A DNA stretch of 52,349 nucleotides from Candidatus Eiseniibacteriota bacterium (GCA_030613615.1 JAUWLR010000003.1:1-52349), one strand, 5' to 3'. Counted from the stretch's first letter, positions 38,374 through 47,027 are shown. The notes: generated from the letters alone by a model not told the origin. A program made the numbers and translations.

Positions 38374-39360
38374 CTAGTCCGTGCCGGCGACGGCCTTGTC
38401 AGCCGCACCCAGCTCCTTCCTGAACTGAAGCCAGGCCTTGGTCGGAACGAACCCGAGCCGCATGTTGAGATCGTACATCGGGTTATTCTCCTCGTTGTCT
38501 GTGACGATCACCTTAGCGCCCCGTTCCTTCGCAAACTCGTGGGCGCGCACCTTGAGCGCGGTCGCTATGCCGCGCCTACGGTGGCTCCGCACGACGCCGG
38601 TGAGTCTCGTGTAGAACTCGCCCTTCTTGACGCGCCTGTCCCAGACACTGCTCATTCCGACGTAGCGGCCACCGTCCAGCGCAAGGAAGTAGCCCTCAGG
38701 GATGAAGTCCGGATGTTTGAAGCTCTTCTCGAATTCGGAGAACGGCTCGTTGTGCAGCACATCGTCGTCCGGCACGTCGGGGATGATATCACCGTGCAGC
38801 TCCCACGTCTTCCGCATCCAGTCGGGGTCGCGCTTCGCAATCTCGCTCGCGGCCAGAATCTCGATGCCCGATGCGTGGACGCTCTCCACGACACCCGCGA
38901 ACTTCGCGGGCTCGAATGAAGCGAGGTCGAGTTCCGAGTCCTGCTCCTTCATGGAGATCCGGAATCCCCGCTGCTTGAGGAAGGCGATGCCGGCCTCGTG
39001 GTCCTCGCGCGTGAACGATTGGAGGATCTCGGGCTCATGCACCTCCAGGTGCTCGAGTATGCCGTCGAAGAGCGCCCGACCGACCCCCTGGCCCTGACGG
39101 CCGGGGCGAACCTGCGCGTAGACCAGGAACTTGCCCGTCGCCGCCGAGTCGGCCTCCTCGCGGAAGTAGCCCGTCGCCACGATGTCGCCGTCGTCCTCCG
39201 CGACGAGCCGCCCGAACGGGCTCATGGGGTCACGGCTCTCCGCGTTGTAGCGGTACATCTCGGCGGTCTTCGGGTACTCCGGCCAATTGGCCGTCCAGAT
39301 GGCGGCCGTGGCCTCGTAGTCGGCATCGGACTCGTTCATCGCTCTCACGTGCAGTGTCAA
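38374..39360 (-). CDS. Two-domain GNAT N-acetyltransferase (array member 7)
   Basis: VRPGRQGQGVGRAL; TGVVRSHRRRGIATALK; TDNEENNPMYDLN; probable TTG start at 39360. Confidence 0.9.
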   Translation of the reverse strand: MTLHVRAMNESDADYEATAAIWTANWPEYPKTAEMYRYNAESRDPMSPFGRLVAEDDGDIVATGYFREEADSAATGKFLVYAQVRPGRQGQGVGRALFDGILEHLEVHEPEILQSFTREDHEAGIAFLKQRGFRISMKEQDSELDLASFEPAKFAGVVESVHASGIEILAASEIAKRDPDWMRKTWELHGDIIPDVPDDDVLHNEPFSEFEKSFKHPDFIPEGYFLALDGGRYVGMSSVWDRRVKKGEFYTRLTGVVRSHRRRGIATALKVRAHEFAKERGAKVIVTDNEENNPMYDLNMRLGFVPTKAWLQFRKELGAADKAVAGTD

Positions 39361-39380
39361 CTCCCGTCCTCCGTTGCACC

Positions 39381-40382
39381 TCATTCGGCCGCGTCGCCCT
39401 CACGCCCACCGGCCTCTCCGCCGTCGCCCCCCCGGTGTTTCCGCATGTGCACCCACCCCGGCGTCGGCTTGAACCCCAGTTTGACGTTCAGCGGGTACAT
39501 CGGGTTCTTCTCCTCGTTGTCCGTGTCCACGAACTGCGCCTCGGTCGTCCGCGCCTTCGTGAGCGCGTGGACCTTGAGCGCGGTCGCGATGCCCTTCCGC
39601 CGGTGGCTCCTGATGACGCCGGTCAGGTCGGTCTGGAGCTTCGTGGGTTCGGCCAGGTTCAGCTCGAGCATGCTGACGCCCACGTACTCATCACCATCCA
39701 GCGCCACGAAGAACCCCTCCGGGAAGAATGTAGGCTTGTCGAAGGTCTGCCTGCAGTAGACCTCGAACTCGCGCTTCTTCGGCTCGTCGACCTCGGGCAC
39801 GTCCAGCGAGAGCAGCCAGTCGAGTTCCCAGAGCTTCATCCTCCAGTCGGAATCCTCTTCCTTGAGCTCCGTGAGCGGAACGATGCGGACGCCCGATTCC
39901 CTCACACGCTCGACGACGTCTGCGAACTTCGAGGCATCGAACTCCGCGAGCGTCAGACGCGAGTTCTGCCCACGCATCACCTGCTCGTAGCCTCGCTTCG
40001 TAAGGAAGCTCACCGCGTCGGCCTTGTCCTCACGTGTCCACGAGTCGAAGATGGTCGGTTGTCTCTCTGAGAGCACGCCCACGACGTGGTCGTAGATGGC
40101 CTTCCCGTATCCCCTGCGCTGGTGGTCAGGGTGAACCTGCACGTAGATCCAGAACTTGCCGGGAACCGGCGTCCACGACGACTCGCCGAACGAGCACGAG
40201 CCGACGGGCACACCGTCAACCTCAAGGATGACACGCTCCAGCATGTAGCTCTGGTCCCGTGCGTCGTCCCGGTGCTTGAGAAGCTCCGGGAGCTCCAGTT
40301 CGTCCGGGAAGACCGCGTTGGCGATGTCGATGATGATACCGTAGTCGTCGTCGCTCCAGTTGAACGGTCGTATATCTGCCAT
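39381..40382 (-). CDS. Two-domain GNAT N-acetyltransferase (array member 6)
   Basis: VHPDHQRRGYGKAI; TGVIRSHRRKGIATALK; TDNEEKNPM. Confidence 0.92.
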   Translation of the reverse strand: MADIRPFNWSDDDYGIIIDIANAVFPDELELPELLKHRDDARDQSYMLERVILEVDGVPVGSCSFGESSWTPVPGKFWIYVQVHPDHQRRGYGKAIYDHVVGVLSERQPTIFDSWTREDKADAVSFLTKRGYEQVMRGQNSRLTLAEFDASKFADVVERVRESGVRIVPLTELKEEDSDWRMKLWELDWLLSLDVPEVDEPKKREFEVYCRQTFDKPTFFPEGFFVALDGDEYVGVSMLELNLAEPTKLQTDLTGVIRSHRRKGIATALKVHALTKARTTEAQFVDTDNEEKNPMYPLNVKLGFKPTPGWVHMRKHRGGDGGEAGGREGDAAE

Positions 40383-40412
40383 GGTGTTGTCCCTGTCGGT
40401 CAGTTTCGGATG

Positions 40413-41411
40413 TTACCCTTCGACCCTCTCCCCCAGCTTCTTAATAAAGATGAGCCACGCGGGGACCGGCTTGAACCCCAGCCGGACGTTCAGGTCGTAC
40501 ATCGGGTTGTTTTCCTCGTTGTCTGTCTGTATCACTCTCGTACCGATGTCACGTGCGAACTCTATCGACCGAACCTTGAGCGCCGCTGCGATACCGCGCC
40601 GCCTGTGCGGCCGCGCGACGGCCGTGAGGCCGGTGCCCAGACTGCCCGGGTCGGCGAGCCGCTTCCACAGACTCGTCGCCGCCACGATCTCATCCCCATC
40701 GAACGCGAGCAGTATGGCGCCTGGAAGCCTGTTGGGCGCGTTGAGCTCGCGCTCAAACACGTCGTACGTGAACTCCATTCGGTCCACGAATATCGGCACG
40801 TCCTCGAAGAACTCCACGTACTTCTCGTGGGCCTTCCGCCGCGCGTCCGGGTCCTCCGCTTCGTATTCCTCGAACGTCTTCACCGTGATGTCGGACTCCT
40901 CGAACCGCGCCACGAGGCCCGCGAACGGCGCCGCGTCAAAGGACGCGACGTCCAGACGCGAGACCTGCTGCCTCTGCTTCTGCTCGAAGCCCCGGTCGGT
41001 CAGGAACTTCGTCGCGTGCGGCTGGTCCTCGCGGGAATCAGACACCAGGCTCAAAGGCTTGCGCTCGAGTTCGTTGAGGCGCTCGACGATGTGGTCGTAG
41101 ATCGCCGTGCCGATGCCCCTCCTCTGGTACTCGGGCAGCACTCGGATCTGCACGCCGTACATGCCCGGCTCATTGGCCCACTCGGGCTCGCGGTAGATCG
41201 CGGTCGCGACTATCTTCCCCCCGAGTTCTGCCATGAGCCGCTGGAAGAAGTGCCTCCCGCTGCGAGTCCGGTTCGAGTAACGCATGCCCTCTACCGACGT
41301 AGGCTCGTCCGGCCAGATCGCGTTCAATATGGCGACGGACGCGTCGTAGTCACGGTCGGTGTCGTCGAACGGCCTGATGGTCAGCCCTTCGGGGCTCTTC
41401 ACGTCGCTCAT
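40413..41411 (-). CDS. Two-domain GNAT N-acetyltransferase (array member 5)
   Basis: VLPEYQRRGIGTAI; TAVARPHRRRGIAAALK; TDNEENNPM. Confidence 0.92.
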   Translation of the reverse strand: MSDVKSPEGLTIRPFDDTDRDYDASVAILNAIWPDEPTSVEGMRYSNRTRSGRHFFQRLMAELGGKIVATAIYREPEWANEPGMYGVQIRVLPEYQRRGIGTAIYDHIVERLNELERKPLSLVSDSREDQPHATKFLTDRGFEQKQRQQVSRLDVASFDAAPFAGLVARFEESDITVKTFEEYEAEDPDARRKAHEKYVEFFEDVPIFVDRMEFTYDVFERELNAPNRLPGAILLAFDGDEIVAATSLWKRLADPGSLGTGLTAVARPHRRRGIAAALKVRSIEFARDIGTRVIQTDNEENNPMYDLNVRLGFKPVPAWLIFIKKLGERVEG

Positions 41412-42415
41412 CGATCCTCCTGTGCGGGCTCACCCGCCGGATTGTTCTTCGCAAGCTCGTTCTTGTACGCCAGCCACGACGGGATCGGCTTGAAGCCCAG
41501 GCGGACGTTCAACAGGTACATGGGGTTTCTCTCCTCGTTGTCCGTGCGGATGGATTCGAAGCCCATCTCTTTCGCGCCCATGATCGCGCGGACCTTGAGC
41601 GCGGTCGCGATGCCCCTCCGCCTGTGCGTACGCGCAACGCCGGTGAGCCCTGTCTGAAGGAGCTTCGGGTCCGCGAGATTCCGCCAGAGCTGCGACATGC
41701 CAACGTACCTGCCGGCGTCGACGGCGATGAACCACGACTCCGGCATGCCGTCCGGTCCATCGACTTCCGCCATGTACTGCTCGAACGGCATCTTGGTGAG
41801 CGGGTCCGGGAACGGCACGTCCTGAAGGTACTCCCAGCCGGCCTCGTACGCCTTCCTCAGCGCATCAGAATCCTCGGCCATCAGCTCTCTGAACGAGCGG
41901 ACGTCGACCTCGGAAGCATCGACACGCGTGAGCGTCTCTTCGAAGGGCGCCGAGTCGAACGACCGGACATCGAGCTTCGAGAACTGGTTGCGCTGCGCCA
42001 CGCGGAACCCGCGCTTCTCGGCGAAGCGCATGCTGTCGGGGTCGTCCTCCCGCGCGTACGCCGTCAGGACCGTCGGCTTGGGGTCGCGCCCCGCGAGCAC
42101 GCTCCAGATGTGGTCGTAGACCGCGGTGCCCCACCCGAGCCGCCGGTACTCCGGGATGACCTCGACACCGATCATGTACTTGCCCGGGTAGTGGCTCCAC
42201 TCGGCCTCTCCGTAATAGGCGGCAGCGACGGGCGTGCCGTCCAGCTCTCCGATGAGACGCTGGAACAGATACTGCTTCTGGCGGGTCTCGTCGTAATGCC
42301 GCCTGGTCTCGACGGCGACCGGCTCGTCGGGGAAGGCCGCGTTCCAGACGTCCACAATAGCCTGGTAGTCCTCGTCGGAATCGTCGAACGGCCTGATGGC
42401 GAACCCCTGACGCAT
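41408..42415 (-). CDS. Two-domain GNAT N-acetyltransferase (array member 4)
   Basis: VIPEYRRLGWGTAV; TGVARTHRRRGIATALK; TDNEERNPM. Confidence 0.92.
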   Translation of the reverse strand: MRQGFAIRPFDDSDEDYQAIVDVWNAAFPDEPVAVETRRHYDETRQKQYLFQRLIGELDGTPVAAAYYGEAEWSHYPGKYMIGVEVIPEYRRLGWGTAVYDHIWSVLAGRDPKPTVLTAYAREDDPDSMRFAEKRGFRVAQRNQFSKLDVRSFDSAPFEETLTRVDASEVDVRSFRELMAEDSDALRKAYEAGWEYLQDVPFPDPLTKMPFEQYMAEVDGPDGMPESWFIAVDAGRYVGMSQLWRNLADPKLLQTGLTGVARTHRRRGIATALKVRAIMGAKEMGFESIRTDNEERNPMYLLNVRLGFKPIPSWLAYKNELAKNNPAGEPAQEDR

Positions 42416-42416
42416 C

Positions 42417-43346
42417 TCAGACCTCCTTCAGCCACTGCCGCAAGACCCTGTAGTCGGTGAAGCCCGCTGACGCGTAGCACCTGTGGGCGGCCTCGGACTC
42501 CGAGCCGACGAACCCCATCGTGGCTCCCATCTCCCTGGCTCGCCTGAGTCCCTCATGTATGCACGCCACAGCCAGGCCTTTCCTCTGGTGGGCCGGCGAC
42601 GTCGCGACGGGCTCGCATGCGGCCGTCAGTGTGATGTCATCAAACCAGACGGTCGCGAACGACGCAACCGCCCCATCCGGCGCCACCGCGACGATGTCAA
42701 GATCGCGGCGGTAGAGCGGCGCCTTCTGGATGTTGCGATACCAGGTGACGTCCGCCCTGTTGTCGTGCGCCTGCGCCGGGTCGTCCGGGTGAAACGCCAG
42801 CCCGGACGCGTAGCACCGCTCCAGGAGCTCGGCCCCATCATTCATCGGGCGCACAACGAACCCCGCGGGCACCACCGGCTCGGGAATCTCTCCCTGGAGC
42901 GACATGTGGCGCGCGTGCTCCTCGTACCTGGGTTCGAACCCACGGCGCTCGAGGATTGTCTCTCGCGTCGTGTCGCCCTTCGTGGCCCAGACGGCCACTT
43001 TGTTCTTGCCATCCTTGGCCACGGTCCAGAGCCGCTTCTCCGCCACGGCGATCATCTCGTCCTCAAGTTCCTCGGCTCTGAACCCCGGATGCATCTGGAG
43101 GAAGGCATTGCCCTTGCCCTCGGCGTTGAGCACAGCTACGAGCTTCCCGTCCGACGTCTCCCACAGGAGGACCTTCTCCTCCAGGGGACCCTGGTCGAGG
43201 TTCGCGACGCCGTGCCACACCCAGTACTCGAACCTGTACACCTGCCAGTTGAGCTCCTCGCGGTCGTCCAGGAGGAACGTCTCACGTAAGTAGGCCCGGA
43301 TCTTCCAGAAGTCGGGAGCCTCATATGCCCTCATGGTGAGTTTCAT
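42417..43346 (-). CDS. GNAT N-acetyltransferase of a different subfamily (array member 3)
   Basis: EPVATSPAHQRKGLA...AAHRCYASAGF; lacks the TDNEEN motif. Confidence 0.88.
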   Translation of the reverse strand: MKLTMRAYEAPDFWKIRAYLRETFLLDDREELNWQVYRFEYWVWHGVANLDQGPLEEKVLLWETSDGKLVAVLNAEGKGNAFLQMHPGFRAEELEDEMIAVAEKRLWTVAKDGKNKVAVWATKGDTTRETILERRGFEPRYEEHARHMSLQGEIPEPVVPAGFVVRPMNDGAELLERCYASGLAFHPDDPAQAHDNRADVTWYRNIQKAPLYRRDLDIVAVAPDGAVASFATVWFDDITLTAACEPVATSPAHQRKGLAVACIHEGLRRAREMGATMGFVGSESEAAHRCYASAGFTDYRVLRQWLKEV

Positions 43347-43467
43347 GTATTCCCTGTCCTGTGCTTGTGCCGCGCGTGGCGGCTGGAATCAAACCGGGGC
43401 CGCCGCTCCTTTGCCTCATGGCGCGGGAGCGGCGCCGCCCCGATCGTGATGAATGGTCCTGCCGGCA

Positions 43468-44493
43468 TCAAGCGCCCTCCGACGCGCTGACCACCCGGGC
43501 GGAGCCGTCGGCGTCGACCTTGCCCGCGACCTCAGCCGCTCCGTCGAACGGGCGCCGGTACTCGGTCCACGCGGGAGTGGGCTTGAAGCCCAGCCGCATG
43601 TTGAGCTCGAACATGGGGTTCTTCTCCTCGTTGTCCGTCTCGATGAACTTCGCACCGTGCTCCTTCGCGCGCGAGAACCCGTGCACCTTGAGCGCCGTGG
43701 CGATGCCCTTCCGCCTGTGGCTCCTGACGACGCCCGTGAGTCCGGTATAGATCTTCGCGGGGTCCGCCTCGGACAACCAGAGACCGGTGTAGCCCACGAG
43801 CCGGTCGCCGTCACGAGCGAACCAGTGCATGTTCATCCGGTATCCGGGGCTGTCGAACCGCTTGCACCAGATCTCGAACGTGGGCCGCGTAGGCTCGTCG
43901 ATGAATGGCACATCCTGGAAGAGCTCCCATCCGAGGTCGTACCACGAGCGTTTCCAGTCGGGGTCGATCTCGGCGAGCTCCGTCAGACACTGGATCTCCA
44001 CGCCGAGCTCCTTCATCTTACCCGGCGTCCAGTCGAACTCCGACAGGTCGAGCGCCTCGACGTCGAGCCGCGAGACGGCGTACCGCATCGCGAACTCGTA
44101 CCCGCGCTTTGTGAGGAAGCGGACGTAGTCGGGCTTGTCGTCGCGCGTCCACGTCATGAGCGTGTCGGCGCCGCCCTTCGCGAGTTCGCCCATGAGGAAG
44201 TCGTAGAACTGACCACCGTGGCCGTGGTTCTGGTGGTCGGGATGGACCTCGACGAACACGAGGTACTTGCCCGGCACGTGGCTCCAGGTGCAGTGCCCGT
44301 AGACGCCGGACGCCACTATCTTCCCGTCCACCTCTCCCACGAACCGCGCGTGCGTGTACTTCGGGTCGCGGCTCGCGTCCTCATACTTGAACTCTGCCAG
44401 ACCCTGTTTCTCGTCGGGCCACAGCGTGTTGGATATGTCGAGCACCGCACGGTACTCGTCGTCGGTCTTCTTGAACCTGCGTATCGTCATCAT
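43468..44493 (-). CDS. Two-domain GNAT N-acetyltransferase (array member 2)
   Basis: VHPDHQNHGHGGQF; TGVVRSHRRKGIATALK; TDNEEKNPM; ATGA overlap with the upstream gene. Confidence 0.92.
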   Translation of the reverse strand: MMTIRRFKKTDDEYRAVLDISNTLWPDEKQGLAEFKYEDASRDPKYTHARFVGEVDGKIVASGVYGHCTWSHVPGKYLVFVEVHPDHQNHGHGGQFYDFLMGELAKGGADTLMTWTRDDKPDYVRFLTKRGYEFAMRYAVSRLDVEALDLSEFDWTPGKMKELGVEIQCLTELAEIDPDWKRSWYDLGWELFQDVPFIDEPTRPTFEIWCKRFDSPGYRMNMHWFARDGDRLVGYTGLWLSEADPAKIYTGLTGVVRSHRRKGIATALKVHGFSRAKEHGAKFIETDNEEKNPMFELNMRLGFKPTPAWTEYRRPFDGAAEVAGKVDADGSARVVSASEGA

Positions 44494-45464
44494 GTTGGTT
44501 TGTCTCCATTCGTGCTCTTGAGTTCTTTCCTGTAGGTCCACCAAGCCGGCACCGGCTTGAAGCCGAGACGGACATTGAGGTCGTACATCGGGTTGTTCTC
44601 CTCGTTCTCCGTTCTGATGATCCGGGCTCCACGGTCGCGCGCGAACTCGATCGATCGCGCTTTGAGCGCGGTCGCTATGCCCTTCCTGCGCTGGCTTCTC
44701 ACGGTACCGGTCAGATTCGTGTGGAGCTTGTCCTTCTCGGCCATGGACTGCCACAGGCTCGTCACGCCTATGAACCTGCCGTCCACGATCGCGACGAAGT
44801 GCGCCTCCGGAATGAAGCCCGGGTGCGTCAGCCACTTCACCCACTGCTCGAAAGGCTGCTTCGTCACCGGATCGTCGGTCGGAACATCCTGCATCAGCTC
44901 GTGCTCGAGCTCCCACATCTCTGGCTTCCAGTCGATTCCGTCGGCCTCGAGTTCCGGCACGGTTCGTATCTCGACCCCGATCTCGGCCATGCGTTCGCCC
45001 GTCCAGGCGAACGGCTCAGGATCGAAGTCGGCGACAACGAGCTCGGACATCTGGTCGCGCAAGGTCTTCTTGTACCCACGCTTCTCCAGGAAACTCATCC
45101 CCTCCTGCTTGTCCTCCCGGGCATGAGACTCGAAGATCGTGGGACCGCGCTCCGCCAGATCACCCATGATGTGGTCGTAGAGCGCCGTCCCGATCCCGGT
45201 CCTCTGGTGATCCGGGTGAACCTGCACGCTGATGAAGAACTTCCCGGGCACGTGAGTCCACTCGGACTCGCCGTAGAGGGCGCTGGCGACTATGCCACCG
45301 TCAATCTCCACGACCAGGCGCTGAAGGTAGTACCTCGGGTCGCGCCTCTTGTCGTTCTCCTTCGTGCCCTCCGGCACGCTCGGCCTGTCAGGCCAGACGG
45401 CGTTAGAGATGTCCGCGAGTGCCTGGTAGTCGTCGTCGCTGTAGTTGAACGGTCGTATCATCAT
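44490..45464 (-). CDS. Two-domain GNAT N-acetyltransferase (array member 1)
   Basis: VHPDHQRTGIGTAL; TGTVRSQRRKGIATALK; TENEENNPM; ATG 45464 after GGGAG. Confidence 0.92.
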   Translation of the reverse strand: MMIRPFNYSDDDYQALADISNAVWPDRPSVPEGTKENDKRRDPRYYLQRLVVEIDGGIVASALYGESEWTHVPGKFFISVQVHPDHQRTGIGTALYDHIMGDLAERGPTIFESHAREDKQEGMSFLEKRGYKKTLRDQMSELVVADFDPEPFAWTGERMAEIGVEIRTVPELEADGIDWKPEMWELEHELMQDVPTDDPVTKQPFEQWVKWLTHPGFIPEAHFVAIVDGRFIGVTSLWQSMAEKDKLHTNLTGTVRSQRRKGIATALKARSIEFARDRGARIIRTENEENNPMYDLNVRLGFKPVPAWWTYRKELKSTNGDKPT

Positions 45465-45503
45465 CGTTAGCAACTCCCAAGTTGTCGGTTCCTTTCGGTT
45501 GAC

Positions 45504-45689
45504 CTAGCGGGCAGGCTTGGTCTCGAGCTTGATCTTGATATTGAGAACGCGTATCACGTTCATGCTTTTGCTTCTTCCTCTGACGGCCAGGACCGCCCTG
45601 TCGGGGTCCGGCCACGCTGCGTTCGAGACGTCGAGCAGGTTTTGATACCGCCTGTCGCTCTCGTCCTGTGCGCTGATCAGATACTCCAT
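45504..45689 (-). pseudogene. 61-aa GNAT remnant or mini-protein (GNAT N-terminus fused to C-terminus)
   Basis: DESDRRYQNLLDVSNAAWPD resembles NYSDDDYQALADISNAVWPD; LNIKIKLETKPAR resembles LNLQLGFEARPAW; has its own RBS AAAGGA. Confidence 0.65.
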
Positions 45690-46045
45690 GTTCTGTTCTT
45701 CCTTTCGCGTGGACGCGGCGCGCCCACATCGCTCATGAGTTCAAGTGTCGTGTCGGCCAGCTTCGCCTCGCGCCAATCCACCTTCAGCGTCCGGACGGTC
45801 AGCTCGGCCGTCTGCTTGTCGCGGGAGCGGCTCGCGCGCGTCTGGCGCGGCTCCTCCCCGACGGCTCCCTTGGGGGGACGTAGGCTCATCAACAACATGC
45901 TCGCTGCCAGGTTCATCATCCCGATAACAAGCAGCCTCATCGTGTGATGGCCGAACATCGCCCCCAGGCAACACGCCCCTCCGGCTGCGGCGAATGCCAC
46001 CGCGGCGAGACGGTACCTCGCATGTGCTGTGATGTTCTTAGCCAT
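45677..46045 (-). CDS. Hypothetical small membrane protein, first full gene of the GNAT operon
   Basis: RBS GAGGAG plus ATG 46045; two hydrophobic segments followed by a charged tail. Confidence 0.6.
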   Translation of the reverse strand: MAKNITAHARYRLAAVAFAAAGGACCLGAMFGHHTMRLLVIGMMNLAASMLLMSLRPPKGAVGEEPRQTRASRSRDKQTAELTVRTLKVDWREAKLADTTLELMSDVGAPRPRERKNRTWSI

Positions 46046-46230
46046 AGTGTGCTCCTCGTTAGCGCTCGCTAGATCCGGCCTGCCCGCCGTCCTGCCTGCC
46101 CGAGTGTCGGACAAACAGAATGCTCCGTCACCCGATACACTCTGTTCGAGATCGGCAGCAACGAGTTGCAGGCCCCGCACTATCTCTGAGGGGCCGCTAT
46201 GCTTACACCTTGGCTAAACAGAAGAGCTAG

Positions 46231-46290
46231 CTACGAAGGTGGGCCCTCGAGGTGCGATCTCGAGCGTATCGGTCGTTCGATGTTAATCAC
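46231..46290 (-). CDS. Putative leader (attenuator/arrest) peptide MINIERPIRSRSHLEGPPS
   Basis: AGGAG-N7-GTG, 19 codons including CGA/ATA/AGA, ending GPP-S-stop; coding region complementary to the downstream UTR. Confidence 0.6.
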   Translation of the reverse strand: MINIERPIRSRSHLEGPPS

Positions 46291-46345
46291 CCGGCATCTC
46301 CTCTCGAAGGTTCATGGGTTGTACGACACGAACGGTGTGATTGGT

Positions 46346-46375
46346 ATGCTACTGGCCTGCGCCTCGCCCCGTCAA
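46346..46375 (-). promoter_or_regulatory. Sigma70-like promoter of the leader/GNAT operon
   Basis: TTGACG-N18-TAGCAT on the minus strand. Confidence 0.62.
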
Positions 46376-46560
46376 GCACTTTTTGTGCCGACACGACTAT
46401 CGGCGCATCATAGACTCTGACTGATGACGCGTCCGCCGGGTTGAACCGCGTGTCGAGTTCTTTCTTCCGACCCGTCGACCGCCGACATGCGGTGTCGCTC
46501 CTGCCTCGCGACCACTGGTTGTCTCACCTCACGACCACTGGGCGTCGTCCCCGAAATGAA

Positions 46561-46824
46561 TCATGACTCATCCACCTCGACGATCTTCTCGACGACGATC
46601 GAACACTTGGTGACGAGGGCCGCGATGGCGCCGACCGCCGCGAGCTGTGGCAGTATCAGTGCGCCGGCAACGCCCAGCGTAAGGGGGAATTCTATGAGGC
46701 TCTCCCCCTTTTCACTCTTGATGGTCACGCGCCTGATGTTCCCCCCGCGGACGATCTGCTTGACGGTCTCGATGAGCTTCTCGCCTGTGACCTCGAATTC
46801 CTCAATGCGTGTCTTCTCGGACAT
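46561..46824 (-). CDS. DUF4342 domain protein
   Basis: EEFEVTGEKLIETVKQIVRGGNIRRVTIK...EFPLTLG...LAAVGAIAALVTKCSIVVEK. Confidence 0.9.
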   Translation of the reverse strand: MSEKTRIEEFEVTGEKLIETVKQIVRGGNIRRVTIKSEKGESLIEFPLTLGVAGALILPQLAAVGAIAALVTKCSIVVEKIVEVDES

Positions 46825-47027
46825 GTGAGCCTCCATTCAGCTGGGAAACGGGCTGCCCCGGCCGGCGTAGTGCGACTCTCGAGGCCAAGGCTGCGCCCGG
46901 ACTGCCGCAAGTTCCGTGTGTGCGCCCGCTCTTCGTCGCCTCATCAGACACTACGCATGAGCCGGAGGTTTCATTCGGTGTGCAGGCAGCTGGCTCGCTG
47001 GGCAACGCGTCAAGTAGGCAGCCCCGC

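Noticed and set aside
44494-44916. Long N-terminal extensions in the ORF track (43468..44916; also 13631..16600, 1750..2952, 7190..7828)
   Set aside because: They overlap upstream genes in another frame; internal starts with an RBS match the family N-termini.
37300-45464. GNAT array as an integron cassette array or DGR target set
   Set aside because: The genes overlap or abut with no room for attC sites. There is no integrase or reverse transcriptase, and I saw no adenine-specific TR/VR pair.
46046-46345. Known riboswitch or T-box in the GNAT leader
   Set aside because: I could not match SAM-I, TPP, cobalamin, glycine or T-box consensus elements by eye; an Rfam scan would be decisive.
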